A stretch of DNA of 64,000 nucleotides from Octopus vulgaris (GCA_951406725.2 OX597831.1:10726001-10790000), one strand, 5' to 3'. Positions 1 through 13,640 are shown, numbered from the stretch's first letter. Notes: a model not told the origin generated them from the letters alone. Made by a program: numbers and translations.

Positions 1-490
1 TAGCAAACTGAACCTGGAAAACTGTGGGTAATTTAAGACTAAAACTCACTAATTTCCAACGAAATATTAACTAATTCAATATTAACTAGTATTCACCAAA
101 CACACATTTCACATTAAATAGTCCGACTTTATCAATGTATGGCTGAATCTTTAATGTTCTTCATTAATTTCATTAAGAACTTTTCGTTAGATTTCTTTAA
201 CTATTTCTCATTAAAGTACACTAATGACAAGCGAAAACAATAACAAACAAAAACATGTGAAATATTGCTTTGAAATTAAGAATTGTTTAATTAATTATAC
301 TTTTAGAAATTTACATGATGGTGGTCGATAACTTATCAACGATTCATGGTTAGCATGAATGCTATGAGAAGTTTTGCCAACTCTAGGTTTACACCATTAT
401 TTTCATATAACATATTGCCTGAAAACTTATATCCAGATGTTTTCATTCGTATGAGGATTATTGCTCATTAGAAGATTATTGCCGTATTAG

Positions 491-582
491 AATTAAGCAC
501 CAGTCGCGTACTGAAGTCGATCTTATCGATTGGCGCCCTCCCCAAAAAATGTCGGGCCTTGTGCCTAGAGTAGAAAAGATTA
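491..582 (+). mobile_element. SINE family A, 3' fragment (second-monomer tail)
   Basis: Matches the tail ...aagtaccag...gtcgat..atcga..ggcc...cgggccttgtgcctagagtagaaaag of the fuller copies at 28010-28432 and 57129-57542. Confidence 0.75.
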
Positions 583-733
583 TTGCCCATTAGGCAACAG
601 AACAGTGTCACTTAATTTAGTTTGACTCCCCAACGTGTAAAGTTCAAATTGTTTTAGTATTTTCTTAACTTTAGTTTTGCAGCTGTTTTTTTAGCCTACT
701 AATTAAACGAAAGGTCGGCATAATGGTCAATAA

Positions 734-940
<207 letters not shown>

Positions 941-999
941 TAATACCCTGATGCAATACCAGGCAGCAACTCTCATGGCTTCTAATCCTAATTTTTTCT

Positions 1000-2110
1000 T
1001 TTTTTTTGCTTATAGATGAGGCAGAAGTATAAAGTGTATTAATGAAGGGACAAGAAACAAAATGCTAAAAGATGTTAAATAGGAAATAAAAAAACATTAA
1101 TTCTGGAAAACACTCGGAGGAGACGCTAAAAAGCCAGAGGCCTGTAACCCGTTTAGAAAGGAAGCAGTAATCGGAAGTATAAAATAGTGCAAAGGCAGGA
1201 AACGAAACTTGGATATGAAATCGATTGATTAGGAAACATTGATTATATAGCCCATTCTTGGATAATGGAGTCGCTACAGATAAACAAAATGGCTCCAATG
1301 CTATAAATTATATCAACCATGCTATATCGAAATGGAAAACAATCATATCAATAGTTGTCAGAATGAAGGTAATTAAAAAGCAGCCAGATAGTCATGAGGA
1401 AAATAATCTTCCAGAGAGACTTTACATCCAGTATTGTTTTTCCTAGTATTGACACCATTAATAAATTCGTTGAATAAAGCTGCCCAACCAACGGTCGTAA
1501 ATGCTACGGACAAATTATCTCATCTATCTACGGATGACTTTAAAACATTTACAAAGAGCAATATTCAACTTGAAATACAGTTACAAATAATTCATGAATT
1601 CGGTCGAGACATAAAATCTGGCATGGGATTTGATAAACGTGTGAAGGTTACAATAAGAAGAGGCAATTTAACTGAAACCGAGAGCATTAAACAACAAAAA
1701 GACACTGAAGTTAGAGAATGAGAGTAGAATTAAGTACTCGTACAAATGTACGAGAGTAGATGATAAGATAGAGCATGGAGTCACGAGGAAGAAAATTAGA
1801 AACATTTGCCACAGAACAATGCGATGTATATTAAAAAAAGAAAGCCTAGCTGAATGTTAAGTATAAGTTAATAAGAATAAATAAACTAGACATTCCAGCA
1901 ATAAACTACAAGTTTAGCAAATTAAATTAGAAGATAAGCTAGTTGAAGAGCTCAGACAGGAAAACCATGAAGCTACTAAAAGTGTTCCGAACTACCAACA
2001 CCCAAAAGCATATACAATGAGAGAAGTACTACATAGTAACTAGAAGTACCGCAAAATAACTAGGTTTGGACTAAATAAGTTGTGAGAAGAAAATAGAGGA
2101 AAACTGATTA
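1000..2110 (+). mobile_element. Decayed non-LTR retrotransposon (R4/Dong-like) reverse transcriptase fragment
   Basis: ORF 1434-1721 KLSHLSTDDFKTFTKSNIQLE..FGRDIKSGMGFDKRVKVTIRRG resembles the SHLxYMDDLKL...DIxMxFGLDKC..RGK RT block; many stops and frameshifts. Confidence 0.75.
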
Positions 2111-2159
2111 ACGTAGCAAAAAATGCATGAAGTGGCCATAAAGTTTTCTCTTTTGTAAC

Positions 2160-2289
2160 CACGTAATTTTGGATTCAGTGCTACTGCGCTCCATCTTCGG
2201 AATATTCCGACTACTATAGCCCGGATTGACCAATACAGCAGACGCGAACTGGACAAAAGACCGTCGTATATATATGTTTCAGCGCGCGC

Positions 2290-2339
<50 letters not shown>

Positions 2340-2490
2340 TTGCATTTGTCCTTGCACCACCGATTGAGGATGTGTGTTGGTTTGTTTACGTCCGCATTAG
2401 TTAGCGGCTCGACAAAAGACCCTACAGAATATTTATCAGACTGAAATAAATAAGTACCGGAGTAGATTACTTTCAATAAAGCATTCAATG
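2160..2490 (+). mobile_element. SINE family B, degraded, with internal (TG)n
   Basis: ctactatagcccgg, tttacgtcc..ttagcggctcgacaaaagac match the intact copy at 40132-40530. Confidence 0.65.
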
Positions 2491-2635
2491 CTGGATCTCG
2501 AGGAAAGAGAAAAGGATAAAAGGAAACGAAATACAAACCTGAAACTAACTGCACAGGAAAACAACAATGCAAACTCCTTGTGTGAAAAAACAGAAGATAT
2601 GAATTTAGCTCCATAAGATTAATTACAAAGTCCAG

Positions 2636-2842
2636 CATTGGTTTCAAATTTTGGCCAATGCCACCGCTTTCCGGGAAGCGGGTAAGTCGACTACATTGAC
2701 CCCAACATTCAACTCGTATTTATTTTTATCGACCCGGGAAGGATGAAAGGCAAAATCAACTTCGATCGACTTTGAACTCAGAAGGTAAAGGCAGGCGAAA
2801 TGCCGCTAAATACTCTGCCCGACTCTGCCAGCTCGGCGTCCT
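2636..2842 (-). mobile_element. SINE family A
   Basis: Reverse complement of gagctggcaga...ctgagttcaaa...gcctttcatccttcccgggtcgataaa. Confidence 0.8.
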
Positions 2843-2871
2843 CAAAGCCACCATTATTGATATGAATAATG

Positions 2872-3104
2872 TACTGTATGAAGTGCAGACTATTTTATTG
2901 ATACAAGGAAGCATTTTCCCGCATCAAAACCAGATTTTCAGTCTTTGCAAAGTCTACAGTATTTGAATGAGACGTTCTCGCCAACAGCTAGGTCCACTGG
3001 ACATTATACTGACTGTCGGAGGTTAAATGGAATAAGAATTGACAAAAACATATAGAAAATATATTACTGTATGAAGTGCAGACTATTATTATTGATACAA
3101 GGAA
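2872..3104 (+). repeat. ~40 bp direct repeat pair
   Basis: tactgtatgaagtgcagactatt(a)ttattgatacaaggaa at 2872-2910 and 3065-3104. Confidence 0.9.
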
Positions 3105-3118
3105 ATCAAAGCAACGTT

Positions 3119-3160
<42 letters not shown>

Positions 3161-3162
3161 AA

Positions 3163-3198
<36 letters not shown>

Positions 3199-3413
3199 CA
3201 AGAGATGGGAAAAAACCTCAGAACTCAGTTGGCGACTTCGATTTCTTAGTAAAACATCGCTCAGACAGAGGTGAAGAAACTACCAAAGTTCAAGAAGTTT
3301 TAGTTTCTGCATTTCATTTGAAAGATTCAGGTATGTTAAATCAGATGTTGTTGTACAACTGGAGGGTCATTATGCCAATAATAAACACACGCACGTGTTC
3401 TATTTCACTTCAT

Positions 3414-3509
<96 letters not shown>

Positions 3510-3514
3510 GTCTA

Positions 3515-3780
3515 GGGGTTCGAGTGTTGCACTCATGATCGCTAGATGTGGTTTCAATTCTTAGACTGGGTTGTGTGTTGTGTTCTTGAGCAAAACACAT
3601 AATCACTCACTTCGACACCTGACACCTGGTACACAGTGCACTTATCCAGGCAACGTCGGTTTCCCGAAGGGCGTGAACTAACGTACAGCTCATACATTTT
3701 ATCAATTTAAATCAATCCTTTGTATAGGCTGTTTGATAAAATCGGGACACTCATGCGTCGTCTTCGACGGGAGAATCAAT
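3515..3780 (+). mobile_element. SINE family C (tRNA head, CORE-like domain)
   Basis: B-box-like ggtttcaattc followed by tgtgttcttgagcaaaacac, shared with 11455-11650 and 54890-55215. Confidence 0.65.
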
Positions 3781-3879
3781 TATTATTAACACATCTCTAT
3801 TTCGAAGAGGAATATTCTAAGAACCCTCTCTCACTTACTCTCTCTTCCTTTCCTTTCTGGTGTTAATAAATTCATCCAA

Positions 3880-5480
3880 GGTGGTGAACTAGCAACAAAT
3901 GCAATCAAGCGTCTGAAAACTAGTTTGATGGTAAATAACTAGAAACACGACTACAAACGGTTCAAGGATTTACTAAGGGAAGCAATATTCGATTAGGATC
4001 AGAAAATGTTACCAATGCAATCTAAAAGAGGGTGCGATAAATTAATTATGAATACAAATTTCGTGTTTGATAAAGAAAGAGATATAAGAGAATGAAATCA
4101 ATTACAGGCTTCTAAGTAATTTGTTATCAAGGAATACAAAACCGTATATTAAACACAGATGAAAGAAAGGGTTAAGAAGGAGTATTATGACCGTTTTATT
4201 TGATTAATACTTAAAACAGAGCTAAATGCAGAAAATTGAAGAAATACACTTACATACACTAAATGTGCCAGGAATAAGCAATCATATTTTCAAGCAACCG
4301 TTAAACGAATTAGCACAAACAGACAGCGAGATAATAATATAATAACATCCTTTAGAATACACTACACAAAATCTGTTGCAGATATATTGTGCTTGCCACG
4401 AATAGAGGGGAACAAAGTGTTATGCAACTAGAAAGCAATTATAAAATGTGCTGTAGGATAAGGAAAATACCTAGAAAAGAATAATGGAACCTTATTTCAA
4501 ATAGCGACACAACATAAGCGCAGGCATTGTTGTGTGGGTAACAAGCTCACGGTGAAGCCGTGTGGTTTTGTGTTCTGTCCTACTGCGAAGCACCTTGAGC
4601 ATATGACGTCTACTATAGATCTTGGCCAACTGCTATCTTGTGGGTGAATCTATTAGATGGAAACGGAGTGGAAGCTCGTGTGTATGTGTGTGCGTGCGTG
4701 CCTATGTATACACATTTCAGGAGGCGTGTCTGCTTCAACACAAACTAACACTTCTTGAGAAAAAGTGTTGGCTTGTTTATGTCATGTAACTTAGTCGTAG
4801 TGTGAGTACAGACTTTAAAAACATAATCGAGTGAAAGCCTTGAAGGATTTTCCTCATCGGGGTCGCAGTCTAATGAGTACCACCATTAAATGGGAAGCGA
4901 TAAGCATAAATATATTAAAAATATTTACTCATCAAAGCTTCTGAGAGTCACAAAAGAGAAGCTGAATTGACAGATATTTTTGATAAGAAAGTGGGAAAGC
5001 AAAATATGGGTTTTGAAAAATGTAAAAAACTAAGATAAGAATAGGGTTTCATAATACCATTTTATAACGCTTAAAAGAAATTCTCGTACGTGGCAAATTT
5101 CTGAAAGACTGAACTGTGTGGTAACATGCACAGAATAATCGCAGTATTGCCTGAGAAGTGCAGCATTCAATGACGCTTGATTGCAGTACAGGGGAGTACC
5201 ATTCTTACCAGAAATCTCTAGAAGAATCTAATTATACAGAATGCATGAATTAACTTCTGAATATGTGATGGTTAAGCAGAAACAGTTAACCAAATTGCTT
5301 TTACCTGGGCTGTTTAAACAAGGGCAAGGCTGAGATGGGGTACCTGCATTGTAGATTTTACCCTCATTCTCAAATACCAACAGGAAATAGGAACATAGTT
5401 GTTATGACTGTAGAATAGAAAATATCTCGGAAAATAGGGACACATTCAGATCCATGTGCCATGTATAATATCAGTGGAAT
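3880..5480 (+). mobile_element. Decayed R4/Dong-like LINE, interrupted by a family B SINE at ~4520-4880
   Basis: Translates with stops to MKERVKKEYY..ILKTELNAEN, LCLPRIEG, LIAVQ, paralleling KEQMIMEYFRRLRLVLGTKL of the 63480-63824 ORF. Confidence 0.65.
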
Positions 5481-6874
5481 ATCGTTATTAAGGAAAAATA
5501 TCATAGGAAGTACCCCAGTCCTAAACAAAATTTTCGGCGCCAACCAACAAAAAATTATCGTGAAATGAACTGGAAAGACTATCTTTATATAAAGGACTGG
5601 AAATAGTGATAACCATAATACTGTGACTGAAGCAATCCCGATAATAATAGGCGGGGAGGAATTAAAAAATATGCAAGAAATTACGCATAAAAGTACGAGG
5701 TGATGCATACGTATTACTTTAAATACTTTCTGTGTTAAACTCCAAACTAGAACACAACAGAGCACGTACATGGCTCACAAGGCAGAATTCTGTAGTAGGA
5801 TGAAAGCAAGCAACAAGAATAATTAGAAAGCTGGGTATCGTATTTTGCTTGAAGCATTGAAGTATATAAAAATGAGATAAATATTTGCAAACCCTTTCAG
5901 CAATGTAAGACGACGTTAATGAATGATAACAAACATAAAGATGGTTCATTACTAAAAAACCTCCTAAATAGGCTGTTTTGTAATTCTATGTTTTTCAGGA
6001 TAAATTCTGTTTTCAAACAGAGGATTGATTGAAGAGGTGGAAGAAATTTGTTATCGCAAAATATCTTAGGCTCGTTGAGGAAAGTATCGTTTGTGTATCA
6101 TATATAGTGGTGATATATGTGACTTGCTGAAGCGACCAGTATCAGCAGCAGTTGCGTAGCATGACAAATCAGTAAACGAGTTCGAAGTGGGGTGATTAGG
6201 ACAGCTAATAATCAATAATTTTGCCTTTAGTTAAGAGTAGAAGTATCTTAGCCGAGTAACTTCGATCATAGCTCCGGGGCAACCCAAACATTGGGAGAGA
6301 AACTGTCTGGAAAACCTTCGGATAGGCTATGCCTCTTCTTGCAGTGTAGACGTGTAGACTTACTGTATCACCAGCTTGAATACCAAATTATAAGAATCAA
6401 TGCAACACGTAACACAACACCTTGCAATATTTGTGTCTCCTTAATAGCGTTTTGAGTTCTAATTCCACCAATATTTCGAAAATGATTAAATAACAGTCCA
6501 GTGTAGTGAACTGGTGTTATTTGCTCTGGAGACTTGTCCCTTCACCGGTTTAACACCATTTCCTGATCCATGGGCCTGCTAAAGGAGTTTACGTAATCGC
6601 AATCATTCGGACGATGTCACCAGATTTACTTAAATTTTCTACCGTTCTTCGATCAGCATGGGAGATCCAGAATAAAGAAAGGGACACGATAGCCGTTTTC
6701 TTCTTGACAAACACAAGTCATTCTTTCATCAAGCCGACTTCATTCATTTCAAAATTCCAAGAATTTGTCTTGGACGATCTCCTTCAGGACGTATGTTACC
6801 AAACGATATCATATCTAAGGGCTTGAATTATGTAAGAGGCCGTTTTCTTTAAACATCTATATAAATAAAAGTAA

Positions 6875-7220
6875 TCTCTATATATAAACGGCAAAATGTC
6901 TGTATGTGTGTCCTTTATACAAATCCACAATTTTTTCAGTTAGAGGGCTCGTACTTTCTATGGTCATTCAAAACCGTCCAAGGGTGGTCGTGCACATCTT
7001 TACATTTCTCCAGTCACCCCGTAAAGCCATTACAAAATCAATAGAAATGACTTTTTGGTGAATTTTCTATCCAAAATCCAATCAAAATGCCTGAAACTTG
7101 ATATGCCATTTGAATACCAGCTTGCTGTATGTGATTGGTCGAAGATTTGGACAGTACTCGTATGTATGTGCGCACGCACGCAGCTGCATATGCACTAGCG
7201 TTGCCGGTTCATAGTGCTAG
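6875..7220 (+). mobile_element. Non-autonomous Helitron (~346 bp)
   Basis: 5' TC terminus (A|tctctatatataaacggc), 3' CTAG terminus (..gtgctag|T), inserted between A and T with no TSD; subterminal hairpin gcacta(7192-7197)/tagtgc(7212-7217). Confidence 0.8.
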
Positions 7221-7499
7221 TATTCAAATAAGACATATTGAAACAGCACCTCTGAATGGGTCTCATTGAAAAATAAAGTCAAATGTCTAAAAATATGATG
7301 AGATACTCAAAATTGTAATATTTTTAATCCTCGGTGTAATTAAAGTTAAGCCACACGTTTCAGCACAGCCTTGAAGAAATTTTGGTCAAATAAATCGGAC
7401 CCAGTACTTTTCTTTTTTAAGCCTGATACTTATTCTATCAATGTATTTTGCTGAACTACTAAGTCATGGGAATGAGGCCATTCTGGAGGTTCAACATAC

Positions 7500-7730
7500 T
7501 CTTCTAGTAAGAGCAGTAAGAGTTCAGAACTCTTGTTCTCCAAGACGTTCATCCCCGGGACGACACGCCATTCAATCACTCAAGTTGCCCATGAGTACTC
7601 ATCTTCAACTGAGGAGATAAAACTGACGTGGAATGATGTGCCTCGCTGTATACCCGAGACATCTGCCCGGTTCAGGATTCAAACCAACGGTCTGGTACCC
7701 AAAACCTTAATCTCCAGTACACGTGCCCTC
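7500..7730 (-). mobile_element. Old tRNA-derived CORE-like SINE
   Basis: Minus strand ggtttgaatcctgaaccgggc (B box), then aggcacatcattccacg..ctcagttgaagatgagtac. Confidence 0.5.
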
Positions 7731-7939
7731 AAATTCAAATCCGAAATAAAAACCGAGCACAACATCAATGAATAAAATATCCCGATCAAGAAGACAACAA
7801 TAAAACCCATGTGCTTGATTGCTTTCCTAACTAATGAAATGGATTTGATTTACAACAAAACCGGTCACATGACGTTCAAGACGACGAGCTTCTTTATATT
7901 GTCGTTTTTTCCTTCTTCCCCTATTTTCTTTCTATCTCA

Positions 7940-8957
7940 GATACACTCTCTTCTTCCACTCTCTTTTCTTTTTCTTTCATTCTCTCTGACTCTCTCCTCC
8001 GACTCTTAATATCCCTCTCTCTCTCTCTCTCTCTCTCTCAAACTCTTTCGTTTCGATTATTATTATTATTATTATTGTTTTTTTGATTATTATTGTTTCC
8101 ATCACTAGTTATTTTTTATCCATCGTATTCTCCACCACTCTCTCTCTCTCTTTCTCTATTTCTGTCTTTCTTTTTCTCTTTCATTTTCTCTTTCTGATTC
8201 TTCTTTCTTTTTCTCTTTCTTTCTGTCATTCTATCTTGTTTCTTTCTCCCCGTCTTTCTTTCTTTCTTTCTGTCTGTCTTTCTTTCATTTTTTCATTCTT
8301 TCTTTCTTTCTGTCTTTCCTTCTTTCATTTTTTCATTCTTTTTTTCTTTCTTTCTTTTTTCTTTCTGTCTTTCTTTCGTTTTTTCTGTCTTTCCTTCCCT
8401 CCTTCTTTCTTTCTGTCTTTCTTTCTTCCTTTCTTTCTCTCTTTCTTTCTCTCTCTCTCTCTTTCCCCGTAGTGTCTCTTTCATTTATAATTGCATCCTT
8501 CGCTCACCTCAAATCCCTCTTGTCCTATTTATCTTAACTCGTTAACTGTTTGACAGTCTCTCTCTCTCTCTCTCCCCTGTCCCTCCTTCTCTCTATCTCT
8601 CCATTTCCTAAACACATGCGTGCGCACACACACACACACCACGCATGCATACTGCAGACATTCATGAATATACATATGCATATACATACACACACACTAA
8701 CACACACACACATATATATATATATATCATATATTTATATGTGTCTACATATACATACATATATATACACATACATACGTCATGTGTATACATTCTATGC
8801 TGTTAATCTTTATATGCATTCATCTTTATTTCTATACTTAATCTCTCTCTCTCTCACTCTCTCTCTCTTTCTCTTTCTCATGCATTTCACTGTCTATCAT
8901 TCTTTCCATTTGTGTGTGCATATATTCATACACACAGTAAGGGGGGATAATGGAAAA

Positions 8958-8995
<38 letters not shown>

Positions 8996-9037
8996 ATGAT
9001 CCCATTAACTTCATCTTTCTGTCCCATCTATTTATCC

Positions 9038-9108
<71 letters not shown>

Positions 9109-9154
9109 CATATATAGATATATACGCACACACACACACATATAAATCTAGCAG

Positions 9155-9196
<42 letters not shown>

Positions 9197-9206
9197 ATCT
9201 ATCTAC

Positions 9207-9280
<74 letters not shown>

Positions 9281-9330
9281 GTCTGTCTGTCTGTCTATCT
9301 GTCTGTATGTCTGTCTGTCCATCTATCTAC
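7940..9330. repeat. Low-complexity block: (CT)n/(TTTC)n, (CA)n/(TA)n, (TCTA)n
   Basis: Directly visible. Confidence 0.95.
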
Positions 9331-9827
9331 CGATCTATTTGCTTATCGATCAATCTTATCTCTATTAATTGGCTCTACCACTGACATGGTTTTATAACTC
9401 CCTCGCAAACTATATCTCTCTCCAAAATCTCTCCGTCCCTCTCTTCTTTTCACTATCTTTTTTCTCTTATCTCCTCACTCTCCATCTCTCTCTCTCTCTC
9501 CCTCTCTCACTCCCCGTCTCTCTTTTATTCATTATCCAATATATAACATCGAATATCTCCCCAAATCTCTTTTGCCTTCTCATTTACAATATCCGTCCCG
9601 TGCATTCCCTCTCGCCGCCCGTCGACGGTCGGCTGCTATTTCTACGTCTCCACCAGGTCGTCAGTGTTGGTGTTGCTGCTACTAAACCACGACGTGCTCG
9701 CTTGATTGTTGTAGCTTGAAACGACAGTCATGAATGACAGAAGAAGAGATGTGTAATCTCTCTCCTTTGTTTTTCGCTGCTTACTTCAATCCCAGGAGCC
9801 AATCAAGTCTGGTGACATAGCCGGAGT

Positions 9828-9935
9828 TCACTTAAACCGGCGTTGGATTACATTGCGTCTTGGACTGATGCTATGGATACCAGCACGAAATGGAATAGGA
9901 CTTCTGTTGGAACGGCATTCGGAGATAATTGGCTG
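9828..9935 (-). CDS. Candidate exon of divergent transcript (QPIISECRSNRSPIPFRAGIHSISPRRNVIQRRFK*), unknown or non-coding
   Basis: Pyrimidine-rich acceptor ttgttcttcctgtatgcttag| (NAGNAG); unique GC-richer island; phase 0 fits exon 12040-12221. Confidence 0.3.
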   Translation of the reverse strand, partial: QPIISECRSNRSPIPFRAGIHSISPRRNVIQRRFK

Positions 9936-10081
9936 CTAAGCATACAGGAAGAACAACCACAAAAACATCACTTTTAGATAATTATTGGGATAAATAATGA
10001 TGAAATCAGCAAAGGTTTTGCAATTTTTGTGGCAGAAGGAAGGGAGGTATGGGGAGAGAAGACAAGAGTTAGATAAACAGG

Positions 10082-10084
<3 letters not shown>

Positions 10085-10164
<80 letters not shown>

Positions 10165-10490
10165 TAGACATATATATATTCATATATATATATATATACA
10201 TATATAGACATATATATTCATATATATATATATAGACATATATATTCATATATATATATATATATATATACATATATACACACGCATATACATATATGTA
10301 TTACATATATATGTACATATATACACACATATATATATATATATTTGTGTGTGTGTGTGTATGTATGTATATATACATACATACGTATATACATATATAT
10401 GCACATATATATAAGTATTATATGTAAATATACATATGTACTTATGTGTATATGTATATACATACATTCACACAAATACATACACTCACA
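10085..10490. repeat. (TA)n/(CATA)n microsatellite tract
   Basis: Directly visible. Confidence 0.97.
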
Positions 10491-10494
10491 TGCA

Positions 10495-11117
10495 CACGAA
10501 AAGTTGCAGAAAGTGTATGGAGAGGAGAGTATGAGCGACACACAAGTGTACGAGTGGTTCAGGCATTTCCAAGATGACCGAAAATTGTCGATATTGACGA
10601 ACGTTCAGGGATACCGGTCACCAGCAGAACTAAGAAAAACATCGCAGAAATGCGTGAAGGGAAGTCGTCGAATCACCATTCATGATTTATCAGAGGATGT
10701 TCAGATTACTTACGTTTCAGTTCTGTCAATTATCACTGAGGAATTTGGGTGTGAGACGTGTGTGTGCCAAATCTGTGCCAAAACGGCTTTCAGCTGACCA
10801 AAATGGCACTCGGGTTTCAGTTGTACAAGATATCCTTGACTCTGTGGAGAACGATGAGAACTTTTTGAAAGTTTTGCTCAGGCCTTTAACTAAGTCTTTG
10901 GCAAACTTTGATACAGATTCTGTGCTTAACTTTCCCTGTCATGGTCAATGCGACGATCAAACGCTACACACCTTCCTTCCAAGCACTGCTGTAAACAGCG
11001 GAAGTGATCTAGAACATTAAAACTTACTACGCATGCACAGCAACGTTCAAGGTAACTCTGCGTGCTTTAGCTTTGTTACTATGGCAACAGTCCTTACACT
11101 TATTGATCGGACCATGT
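10495..11117 (+). mobile_element. Mariner-derived element: transposase N-terminal HTH fragment plus an inverted copy of the element's 5' end
   Basis: + strand [58 protein letters not shown] (frameshifted); - strand 11117->10870 has TIR-like catggtccgatcaataagt and MTGKVKHRICIKVCQRL. Confidence 0.85.
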
Positions 11118-11128
11118 GCATACATATG

Positions 11129-11241
<113 letters not shown>

Positions 11242-11398
11242 GAAATAAACATACAAATTTCCGCACGAAGACACGTACTCTATGCCCTAGGGACGTAGCT
11301 TCAACCGTGTTCTTTCTGATGTGAATTTGCTACCCAGGTATCGGTTATCTTTCGAATTATCCTTAATAAGATAATTCATTCAATTACTCAAATATATA

Positions 11399-11430
<32 letters not shown>

Positions 11431-11454
11431 AACATACTTACATACATAAACAAG

Positions 11455-11650
11455 TGGAGGTGAGTGGTAAGGGTGTTGGACTTATGATCGTAAGATTGTG
11501 GATTCCATCCTTGGACGCTCGATGCCTCGTGTTCTTAAAGAAGACATTTCATTTCAAATTGCTTCATTCCACTCAGATGGCAAAAACGAGCAATCCTGAG
11601 ACAGACCGGTGTCCCGAACGGGTGGGGACTTTATACGCCCTGAAACCGGC
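11455..11650 (+). mobile_element. SINE family C
   Basis: gtggaggtgagtggtaagggtgttggact..gtgttcttaaagaagacatttcatttc..ccactcagatggcaaaaacgag. Confidence 0.7.
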
Positions 11651-11881
11651 ATTGATTCGAGGAGAAAACTTTTATTTTAAATATATATATATGTAAATGA
11701 ATCAAGAACGCAATACCGGAAACAAAAACATCCAGACAGATAGACGATAGAAAGGCGGACAGAAAGAACAAAAAAAAGGGGCACAGGAAAAAAAAAGCGG
11801 ACGGGTCATTTGTGACCTTATTTCGTCAGTCATGTTTCGAGATATCTTTACAGTTTCGGGCAGTGTACGGCAACAAAGACA

Positions 11882-11940
<59 letters not shown>

Positions 11941-12039
11941 CTCATACATCTTCATGAAAGGATAGCAGATTCAGTTACATACATATAACTGTAGTTTTCG
12001 GCCTGGAAAAGCCCTTAGGCGGTGCCGAATTCTTCTCAC

Positions 12040-12221
12040 CTTCTCACTGTCCCTTACGGTCTGAGCCTCTCTGCTTTGCTTCTTTCCTTTATTCCAGACC
12101 AAACAAGAAACTGTTTCTGCTGCCTCATTCAGCAGCTCTTTTCTCCAGTTCCTATGACTGCCAAGGCTGTCAACATCTCCGTAACTGATTTTTGACAAGA
12201 AAACCCTGCATGCTTTGTCAA
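12040..12221 (-). CDS. Candidate internal exon, 182 nt (DKACRVFLSKISYGDVDSLGSHRNWRKELLNEAAETVSCLVWNKGKKQSREAQTVRDSEK), unknown
   Basis: Acceptor ccatttccag|, donor AAG|gtgaga; one fully open frame (phase 1 to phase 0); unique sequence. Confidence 0.4.
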
Positions 12222-12485
12222 CTGGAAATGGTCAGAATTTTTATTTCACAGAGTTGATCTACAGTTTGAGAGAAAAAGAGAAAGAGAGAGAGAGAATTAC
12301 GGTTCCTGTTAGAGTATATGTTTTCATTCATGAGCGTTAACTACAGCATTAGAGCGCTTTAGCTCTTATTTCTAGCAACGTGGGTATTTCCTAACGCCCT
12401 AGTCATATTTCGTGACAATTGTAATTCTCCTTTGGTGAAGCATTACAAAATGTTGCTTATATTAACTGTATGTCTATCTAAACAA

Positions 12486-12855
12486 GGCGGTCAACTGGCA
12501 GAAACGTTAGCACGCCGGACGAAATGCTTAGCAGCATTTCGTCTGCCGTTACGTCCTGAGTTCAAATTCCCTCGAGGTCGACTTTGCCTTTCATCCTTTC
12601 GGGGTCCATAAATTAAGTACCTGTTACACACTGAGGGCGATATAATCGACATAATTCGTTTGTATGTCCTTGTTTGTCCTCTCTGTGTTTAGCTCCTTGT
12701 AGGTTATAAAGAAATATGTATTTCGTCTGGCGCTAAGTTCTTTGCCTTTCATCTTTTCGGGGTCGATGACTTAAGTATCAGTTGTGTACTGGGGTCGATA
12801 TAATCGACTGGCCCCCACCCACTAAATTTCAGTCCTTGTGCCTTGAGTAGTGCCT
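12486..12855 (+). mobile_element. SINE family A, dimeric form
   Basis: ggcggtcaactggcagaaacgttagc..gagttcaaattcc..gcctttcatcctttcggggtc, with the central domain repeated at ~12740. Confidence 0.9.
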
Positions 12856-12904
12856 ATTAATTATATATATATATATATATATATGTTTATATTAATTATA
12901 TATC

Positions 12905-13169
12905 CTTGTTTACTTGTTTCAGTCATTTGACTGGGGCCATGCTGGAGCACCGCCTTTAGTCGAGCAAATCAATCCCAGGACTTATTCTTTGTAAGCCTAG
13001 TACTTATTCTATCGATATATTTTGCTGAACTGCTAAGTTAGGGGACGTAAACACACCAGCATCGGTTGTCAAGCGATGTTGGGGGTGACAAATACAGATA
13101 CACAAACATATACACACACATGCATGCATATATACGACTTATACATACATACATACATACATACACACG

Positions 13170-13207
<38 letters not shown>

Positions 13208-13385
13208 CACGACATATATATACGACAGGCTTCTTTCAGTTTCCGTCCACCAAATCCACTCACGAGGCTTTGGTCGGCCCGAGGCTATAGTCGCAGACAC
13301 TTGCCCAGGGTTCTACGCTGTAGGACTGAACCCGGAACCAATGTAGCTGGTAAGCAAGCTACCTACCGCACAGCCATTCCTGTGC
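12905..13385 (-). mobile_element. SINE family B, near full length
   Basis: Reverse complement of the 40132-40530 copy, including internal (CA)/(TA) microsatellite. Confidence 0.9.
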
Positions 13386-13599
13386 CTGTCCGTGTGTGTG
13401 AGTACGTGTGTGTAATATTTATTCTTCCTGCCTATCGTAACCATAGGTAACTTGAAGTGTTTTAGTGTGTTCACCTGTTGCATACACGAGTCAGCCTGCA
13501 TTTGACCGCAAACCTGTGACAGTCAGTGCATATGTGCACGCGTGTTCGTGCGTGTGTGCGTCTGCGTGTATAAACGTCCATAGTTATATATAAATTCGT

Positions 13600-13640
<41 letters not shown>

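Noticed and set aside
6614-6826. 70 aa ORF or possible + exon with donor gac|gtatgt
   Set aside because: No recognisable homology, weak splice sites, and no partner exon identified.
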